Of a DNA stretch of 20,888 nt, positions 15,674 to 20,888 are shown piece by piece. The translations under genes were made by a program, and so were the position numbers. Position 1 is the first letter of the stretch. Every line of letters starts with the position of its first letter. The notes under the pieces were generated by a model. It was not told the origin of the DNA and made no database searches. It was given only the letters and a program-made list of their open reading frames with translations. This stretch comes from Candidatus Thorarchaeota archaeon (GTDB lineage: Archaea > Asgardarchaeota > Thorarchaeia > Thorarchaeales > Thorarchaeaceae), in the NCBI GenBank assembly GCA_048882325.1, contig JBHLRS010000030.1, positions 16,642 to 37,529 on the forward strand, given 5' to 3'.

Positions 15674-16516
15674 TTATTTCAGATCTGACTTGACACCATC
15701 AGTTGATATCTTTCCCACTTCTAGCGGCTCTTCCTCAAACATCATTGGCTGATCTGGGTTGAACATTGGTTCTCGGTTGATGAGCCTCTCAATCATATCT
15801 TCCCCAACTTCGAAGGCGTTTCTAATCTGAAACTCTAGGATTGGACTGAAGAGAAGAAGTGGGACAAAGATTACTACCATCACATAGCGTAGTGGCCATA
15901 GATTATAGCTGAAGCCAGGTTCTGCTAAAATCAGCTCATAGAGCTTGAACGCCACTTCTGTAAATCCCCACAGAAAACCAAGCAAAAGACTTACCTGTCT
16001 GATGATTTTCAGAAGATTGAATTTTCTAAAGGCTTCTTCAACCCAGTCATCATAATCAGGTTGTCCTAAGGGGTATCTTAGCACACCCCCTTTTCTGACT
16101 GAGAATATAGCAAGCTTTCCGATGAACTCTAGATTCTCTTTCTCGATGAGGACCACTGTCCGATATCGTTTCCTGATGAATCCACCAAAGGTCATGATGG
16201 AGAACGCTATCATCACCACTACCCAAACTGTGGCAAACACTACGAATAGTGCTATGACTACCAGAATACAGAACAGGGCTGCGTCCCCATCCCCAGCTCC
16301 GCCTCCACCACCATCACACCCTACACAGTCTCCACCTGTGATGAATATCTCCGGTGTCACCGCCACACGACCGGTTTCTCTAGTGTAGACAGCATTGTTC
16401 CCTGGATTGACACCAGTGATTGCCTCAATCTCTTTCTTGATAGACCCTCCCGACACACCATAGATTTGAACTGGAAGAACTTTCTTTTTGGAAGTTTCAT
16501 CCTCAAAACCAAACAA
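15674..16516 (-). CDS. Hypothetical membrane protein with Gly/Asp-rich linker
   Basis: TTG start after GGAG; GDCVGCDGGGGGAGDGD precedes a long hydrophobic hairpin; two further TM helices. Confidence 0.7.
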   Translation of the reverse strand: MFGFEDETSKKKVLPVQIYGVSGGSIKKEIEAITGVNPGNNAVYTRETGRVAVTPEIFITGGDCVGCDGGGGGAGDGDAALFCILVVIALFVVFATVWVVVMIAFSIMTFGGFIRKRYRTVVLIEKENLEFIGKLAIFSVRKGGVLRYPLGQPDYDDWVEEAFRKFNLLKIIRQVSLLLGFLWGFTEVAFKLYELILAEPGFSYNLWPLRYVMVVIFVPLLLFSPILEFQIRNAFEVGEDMIERLINREPMFNPDQPMMFEEEPLEVGKISTDGVKSDLK

Positions 16517-16585
16517 TTACTCCAAACTCCACCACGATATTGGACTCTTGAGATTATCACTTCTTCGATGATGAATTTTTCTGCA

Positions 16586-17536
16586 TTATTGTAGTCCGAC
16601 TGGGTGTTTCCCTGCCAAATCAATTGCTTGCTGAGGCCATTTCCCAAATGTTTGAGCTGCTATATCTAAGTGCCCAACCTCCCGTACATCAAGTCCTAGT
16701 TGTGTTGTCACCACAGCATCTAGTTCTAGAAGATCATTTGATCCCCAGACAAGTCCCAAGTTTGTATACTGTGTAGACTCTGCGAGAAACTCATCCGAGG
16801 CCGAGGTTGAGAAGACTGCCTCGACAACACCTCGAACATCAAAGAGCGAGTGACAGACCTTATTGATATCCATTATACTGTCATTCAGCTTGGAGTCATT
16901 TACACCATGGAATTTCCCTCTGTACGGTGTCGAAATCATTCCAAACAGATTCTTGACTGACATCGTGACACCTATTGTTCCATGTGCAAGTTTTGGCTTG
17001 GCCAGACTAAGTAACGTACCCCCTCGAAGCTCGTAAAGTCTTGATGGTATTATTGAATACATTATCTCATTTGTCAGGGGTTTGAAACGTGTTTCTACAA
17101 GTGATTGGATTTGATCTGGTTCACACACTTGATTGGACCATAATTCCTCTGAGAGATTGAGATACTCTACATCATGTTTCTTCAGAACCTCATCGATTCC
17201 AGTGAAGTCGAGAAACCACTTGTCATTTTCCCGTAAGTCGTCCCTCGTCTGAGCTTCCAGTTTCCTCTCAAGCTCTGGACTGAATGGTCCACTGTGTTTC
17301 CTGAAGATCGGGCTTCGGTAGTGGGCAAAGCTCTCTACAACCATCTTCTCAGAGTCTATTGCAGATAGAGTCCAGTCCAATATCTTTGCTTCAGTGTAAA
17401 TCTTTGATGTCGACCAATTGGGTTTAATCACAACTGGTGGTTTGAGGTTGAGTCTTGAAACAATCTCTATGAAGGATTCTCTGTTTCCTTCTTCACAGAA
17501 CATGACGTGATTTAGGAGTTCAATCTCCCCTGTCAT
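16586..17536 (-). CDS. DUF362 family protein
   Basis: VVIKPNW, LSLAKPKLAH...VTMSVKNLFG, and D-x-x-x-L-D-A-V...LG...GHL C-terminal pattern. Confidence 0.8.
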   Translation of the reverse strand: MTGEIELLNHVMFCEEGNRESFIEIVSRLNLKPPVVIKPNWSTSKIYTEAKILDWTLSAIDSEKMVVESFAHYRSPIFRKHSGPFSPELERKLEAQTRDDLRENDKWFLDFTGIDEVLKKHDVEYLNLSEELWSNQVCEPDQIQSLVETRFKPLTNEIMYSIIPSRLYELRGGTLLSLAKPKLAHGTIGVTMSVKNLFGMISTPYRGKFHGVNDSKLNDSIMDINKVCHSLFDVRGVVEAVFSTSASDEFLAESTQYTNLGLVWGSNDLLELDAVVTTQLGLDVREVGHLDIAAQTFGKWPQQAIDLAGKHPVGLQ

Positions 17537-17661
17537 GGTCTTCTAGAGGAAATCAGTGCATTTTGGCTTTGTGTTCATCTAGGATTGAGAACCCTGTAGA
17601 AATCTTTATCACTAATTTTCATGCGAAAAACGAAATGACAGCCTATGGTTGTCACACGGAA

Positions 17662-17771
17662 GCCTCAGTAGCTCAGACTGGTTAGATCGCCTCCTTGGTA
17701 AGGAGGAGGCCGCGGGACTTCATGGACGTCTGCGCCATGAAGCGCGAATTCGAATCCCGCCTGGGGCTCCA
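17662..17771 (+). tRNA. tRNA-Thr(GGT) with 32-nt non-canonical intron at 53/54 (17717-17748), encoded CCA
   Basis: Acceptor GCCTCAG/CTGGGGC, anticodon arm CCTCC-TTGGTAA-GGAGG. The T arm GCGGG-TTCGAAT-CCCGC is restored only after removing 17717-17748. T-tract follows CCA. Confidence 0.92.
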
Positions 17772-17777
17772 CTTTTT

Positions 17778-18146
17778 CTAATCATCCTCGTGATTGTTAA
17801 ACTCTGACACGAGGCAAGATAGATCGTCACACTTGCTTCTAAGAACGTCATCACTGCGTATCTTTCGCAGTGATGAAAACACAAGATATCCTCCAATCAA
17901 GAATAATACCACAATGCTCACGATGAGAGTTATCATGTATCCTAGAACTTCAGCTATCGAGTAACTATTTGACGTTGCAATAAGAATTGTCAACAGGGAC
18001 ATAGGGATGGTCAGAATTCCAATTCCTGTTCTAAGCTCAGCAAGATGAGTCCTCTTCTCTGCATCAATTGTACGGATGAAAGCTAATGATGTTCTGATGT
18101 TACTCTGTTCCGTACTTTCGTCAATCTCGTATTCTTTTGTAGTCAA
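17778..18146 (-). CDS. DUF202/YidH-like small membrane protein
   Basis: Tandem RTSLAFIRT / RTHLAELRTG motifs followed by two TM helices; TTG start. Confidence 0.65.
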   Translation of the reverse strand: MTTKEYEIDESTEQSNIRTSLAFIRTIDAEKRTHLAELRTGIGILTIPMSLLTILIATSNSYSIAEVLGYMITLIVSIVVLFLIGGYLVFSSLRKIRSDDVLRSKCDDLSCLVSEFNNHEDD

Positions 18147-18159
18147 TGTGGTCCATCCA

Positions 18160-18447
18160 TCAGTCTTCGAGTAGAGGGTCTTCAGGTCTCAATTTCCTAC
18201 CATGTCTGCGACGTCTAGCAAATAGTCTTGCAGCCTCCTCTGGACCAACAAGCTCTGACACTCTTTTGAATGCTTCAGGATCATCTTCTCTGTCCAGCCA
18301 CTTTTCAATCTCTTTTGCTACTGAAGGAGCAAGGTCCTTTGCCAGCTTCTTCTTGCGACCTTTTCTGTCTAGATCGAAATCGTCTGGGCCAAGTAGACTC
18401 ATCGTACTCAGCATCATGTAATGACCAGCAGTTAAGACCTTATTCAT
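18160..18447 (-). CDS. Small hypothetical soluble protein
   Basis: Charged helical ORF filling the space between the DUF202-like gene and the tRNA-Pro promoter; the start could be 18417 or 18414. Confidence 0.55.
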   Translation of the reverse strand: MNKVLTAGHYMMLSTMSLLGPDDFDLDRKGRKKKLAKDLAPSVAKEIEKWLDREDDPEAFKRVSELVGPEEAARLFARRRRHGRKLRPEDPLLED

Positions 18448-18512
18448 GACTGACTTTTCATTGCAGCTCCGTTATTCTTATAACCAGAGTTGGAAGACTG
18501 CGGGTCTAGCAA

Positions 18513-18619
18513 GGGTCGGTGGTCTAGCTTGGCTATGATTCCTGGTTTGGGTCTTGCGGACTCATGTTCGCTAGCAAGACTCCAGGGGATCCCCGGTTCA
18601 AATCCGGGCCGGCCCACCA
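18513..18619 (+). tRNA. tRNA-Pro(TGG) with 29-nt canonical intron at 37/38 (18552-18580), encoded CCA
   Basis: Acceptor GGGTCGG/CCGGCCC, anticodon stem CCTGG/CCAGG, T arm CCCGG-TTCAAAT-CCGGG. BHB: central TTTG/CAAG with bulges GGT and ACT. Confidence 0.95.
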
Positions 18620-18636
18620 TGTTTCTGCACAATCAA

Positions 18637-18697
18637 CGAACTTCGTCAATAGTCGAAATCCTTATGTTGAAAATGCCTCGAACTTCGTTCAATGTCG
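18637..18697 (+). promoter_or_regulatory. Twin palindromic operator-like repeats flanking the putative TATA box of the HTH gene
   Basis: CGAACTTCGTCAATAGTCG (18637) and CGAACTTCGTTCAATGTCG (18679), 42 bp apart, each with a CGAA-C-TTCG palindrome; GAAATCCTTATGTT lies between them. Confidence 0.6.
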
Positions 18698-19417
18698 TAT
18701 CAGTCGTCTGTTCGTGAGCGGCTAGCTCGTCGCATTGCTGGTGAGATTGCGTTATCGGATCACCCTGGACAGACGATGCGGATTTGGAGGGAGCGTTTCA
18801 GACTCCCACAGATAGTCTTAGCTGACCATCTTGGCATTAGTCCTAGTGTTATCAGTGATTATGAGTCCGGGCGTAGAAAATCACCAGGCACGTCAACAAT
18901 ACGACGTTTTGTCATGGCTTTACTTACACTAGATGAACGGCAAGGTGGGCAAGTTGTGGCTGCGTTTGTCCGTCTGATGGATGTCAGTCTTGTAGACCTG
19001 AATATTGTTCTAGCAATGAGTGATTTTCCATCTCCAATGACTGCCAAAGAGTTCTGTCAACGTCTGAAATGTTCAGTCAAGAGTGGTGAAAAGCTTCTAG
19101 ATAGAGAGATATTTGGTTATACCTTGGTTGATGTCGAACGGGCAGTCAAGGAGCTGAGCAGTGATGCGTTTCTGAAGCTCTTCGGAGCAACAACCGAGCG
19201 ATGCTTGATATTTACAAATGTCAATACTGGACGAGCTCCAATGATTGCCATCAAATCCCAAGAGTTCAAACCATCCCTTGTGGTACTCCATGGTGTTGTA
19301 GAAGTAGACCGCCTTGCTCTGGAGCTGTCTGAACAGATGAGAATCCCGCTTGCTGTAAGCAAAGCGGGCTCCATTGAAACCCTAACCCGTGAGTTGAGGG
19401 GTATCGAACCAACCTAG
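18692..19417 (+). CDS. XRE-family HTH transcriptional regulator (archaeal COG1709-like)
   Basis: IAGEIALSDHPG.TMR.WRERF...Q..LA..LGISPSVISDYESGRRKSPG; C-terminal FTNVNTGRAPMIAIK...KPSLVVLHG. Confidence 0.88.
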   Translation: MSYQSSVRERLARRIAGEIALSDHPGQTMRIWRERFRLPQIVLADHLGISPSVISDYESGRRKSPGTSTIRRFVMALLTLDERQGGQVVAAFVRLMDVSLVDLNIVLAMSDFPSPMTAKEFCQRLKCSVKSGEKLLDREIFGYTLVDVERAVKELSSDAFLKLFGATTERCLIFTNVNTGRAPMIAIKSQEFKPSLVVLHGVVEVDRLALELSEQMRIPLAVSKAGSIETLTRELRGIEPT

Positions 19418-20328
19418 CCAAGAATTAGCTTCAACACAGCCATGCGCAAAATTACTCCATTGTAGACTTGGTCAAAGTATTTTGCATGAGGTGTATTATC
19501 TATTGCCGCGTCAAGTTCGTCAACTCTAGGGAGTGGATGTAGAATGATTGCATCCTCTCGCATCAGACCTACATCGTCTATCGTGATGCGGAACCTGTCC
19601 TTCACCTTGTCATATTCCCGAATATCCGGAAAACGTTCCTTTTGGATTCGAGTTGTGTAAATCACATCGACGTCCTTCACAGCCTCCTCAACACTCTCAC
19701 ACTCAACAACGTCAGCCCCAGACTTTTTCATCTGCTCAATGATGGCAGGTTTCATTCTGAGTGACTCTGGTGCGGCAAGCTTGATCTTGACATCATAGTG
19801 ACTGAGTCCCATACCCAAGGAGTGAACGGTCCTTCCGTACTTGAGGTCTCCACAGAGCGAGATTGAGAGACCATCTATTTTTCCCTTCATTTTCCGAATA
19901 GAGTACAAATCAAGCAGCGCTTGGGTTGGGTGCTCCTCAGAACCACTTCCAGCATTGACAACGGGGATATTAGAGAACTCTGCAGCTACTCTTGCGGATC
20001 CGTCTAGTGGGTGTCGAATAACAATGATGTCTGCATATCTCTCAACAGTCCTTACTGTGTCGGCAAGAGTTTCCCCTTTGCCACCTGCGCTTGACACACC
20101 TGCTTCAGCGAATCCAAGAACGCTACCTCCAAGTCGAAGCATAGCGCTTTCAAAAGATAGACGTGTGCGTGTGGAAGGTTCAAAGAATAGGACTGCCATT
20201 ATTTTTGAGTCCAGATCTTTGCTTCTCTTGATTGCCACATCTTCCATCTTTGCTGCAGTGTCAAGAATATGGTCTATCGTATTCCTATCTAGGTCGTGAA
20301 TACTGATTAGGTTCTGAAGCTTTCCCAT
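19414..20328 (-). CDS. pyrB: Aspartate carbamoyltransferase catalytic subunit
   Basis: FFEPSTRTRLSF, KGETLADT, HPTQALLD, GDLKYGRTVHSL, TRIQKERF, HPLPRVDE. Start placed at ATG 20328. Confidence 0.97.
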   Translation of the reverse strand: MGKLQNLISIHDLDRNTIDHILDTAAKMEDVAIKRSKDLDSKIMAVLFFEPSTRTRLSFESAMLRLGGSVLGFAEAGVSSAGGKGETLADTVRTVERYADIIVIRHPLDGSARVAAEFSNIPVVNAGSGSEEHPTQALLDLYSIRKMKGKIDGLSISLCGDLKYGRTVHSLGMGLSHYDVKIKLAAPESLRMKPAIIEQMKKSGADVVECESVEEAVKDVDVIYTTRIQKERFPDIREYDKVKDRFRITIDDVGLMREDAIILHPLPRVDELDAAIDNTPHAKYFDQVYNGVILRMAVLKLILG

Positions 20329-20394
20329 TGAAGGACACCCACTCAAACTGGAACAAAACGATGTTGTTCTTTAACCTTTCCAGATGCGCGAATG

Positions 20395-20868
20395 TCAAGA
20401 TGAGTTTCTTCCGTATTTTCTAGATATCTTCACTTGACGAAGGTCTAGTTCTGACTCTTCAATGAGCTGTGCAGCCAATTCGTCGTCATACTCCTCAATA
20501 TAGATGACTTCGTGAATACCTGCGTTGATGAGCATCTTAGTACAGATACTACATGGTCGAGTTGTGCAGTAGATCTTGGCGCCATTCACACTGACGCCAT
20601 GAAATGCAGCCTGAATGATGGCGTTCTGTTCAGCATGCAATCCCCTGCATAGTTCGTGGCGTGTTCCGGGCTTAACACCCAATTCCTCACGAAGACAACC
20701 TACATCTTCACAGTGTGGTAGTTTCTTTGGAGCCCCATTATATCCAGTGCTCAATATCTGGGAGTCCTTAACAATGACCGCACCTACTTGGTTCCTAATA
20801 CAGGTACTTCGTGAAGAAACCAAGTCTGCAATCTCTGCAAAGTAGACATCCTTGCTTTTTCTGGTCAC
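20395..20868 (-). CDS. dCMP deaminase (ComEB/cytidine-deoxycytidylate deaminase family)
   Basis: [33 protein letters not shown] zinc motifs; GTG start. Confidence 0.93.
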   Translation of the reverse strand: MTRKSKDVYFAEIADLVSSRSTCIRNQVGAVIVKDSQILSTGYNGAPKKLPHCEDVGCLREELGVKPGTRHELCRGLHAEQNAIIQAAFHGVSVNGAKIYCTTRPCSICTKMLINAGIHEVIYIEEYDDELAAQLIEESELDLRQVKISRKYGRNSS

Positions 20869-20888
20869 GATTATGTCATCCCTTGTTC

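Noticed and set aside
17636-17654. Small hairpin TGACAGCC-TAT-GGTTGTCA before tRNA-Thr
   Set aside because: Short, with a G-U pair, and no evidence of function such as a split-tRNA leader; the tRNA is complete.
18444-18717. ORFs 18444..18632 (-) and 18490..18717 (+)
   Set aside because: They overlap tRNA-Pro and are shadow ORFs.
1-20888. CRISPR array, integrase, transposase or tRNA-derived att duplication
   Set aside because: No periodic repeats, recombinase motifs or duplicated tRNA 3' ends were seen.

Overview
Archaeal chromosomal window. It is most consistent with an Asgard archaeon, probably Thorarchaeia-like; this is an inference from cdrS-ftsZ, SmAP3-type Lsm, the H4MPT C1 genes mch/fwdC/ftr, a SAMP/MoaD protein and intron-containing tRNAs. 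The window opens with the 3' end of rpl2 (uL2). A ~4.6 kb, visibly AT-richer, minus-strand block follows (313-4834), bracketed by a 27-bp imperfect direct repeat. This block encodes a membrane-anchored PepSY/YcdB-like protein, a membrane-tethered winged-helix regulator, a secreted clan-CD (caspase/gingipain-like) protease with a PepSY-like prodomain and a PPC domain, and a TGT-fold protein split by a -1 frameshift at an A7 run that ends in a PCNA-binding (PIP-box-like) motif. The rest is mostly housekeeping: cdrS-ftsZ, Lsm, a CPBP protease, membrane proteins, 2-oxoacid:ferredoxin oxidoreductase beta/gamma, MoaD/SAMP, an MFS transporter, mch, fwdC, ftr, DUF362, tRNA-Thr(GGT) with a non-canonical T-arm intron, a DUF202-like protein, tRNA-Pro(TGG) with a canonical intron, an HTH regulator with twin palindromic operators, pyrB and dCMP deaminase. 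All calls come from reading motifs by eye; no database searches were run.
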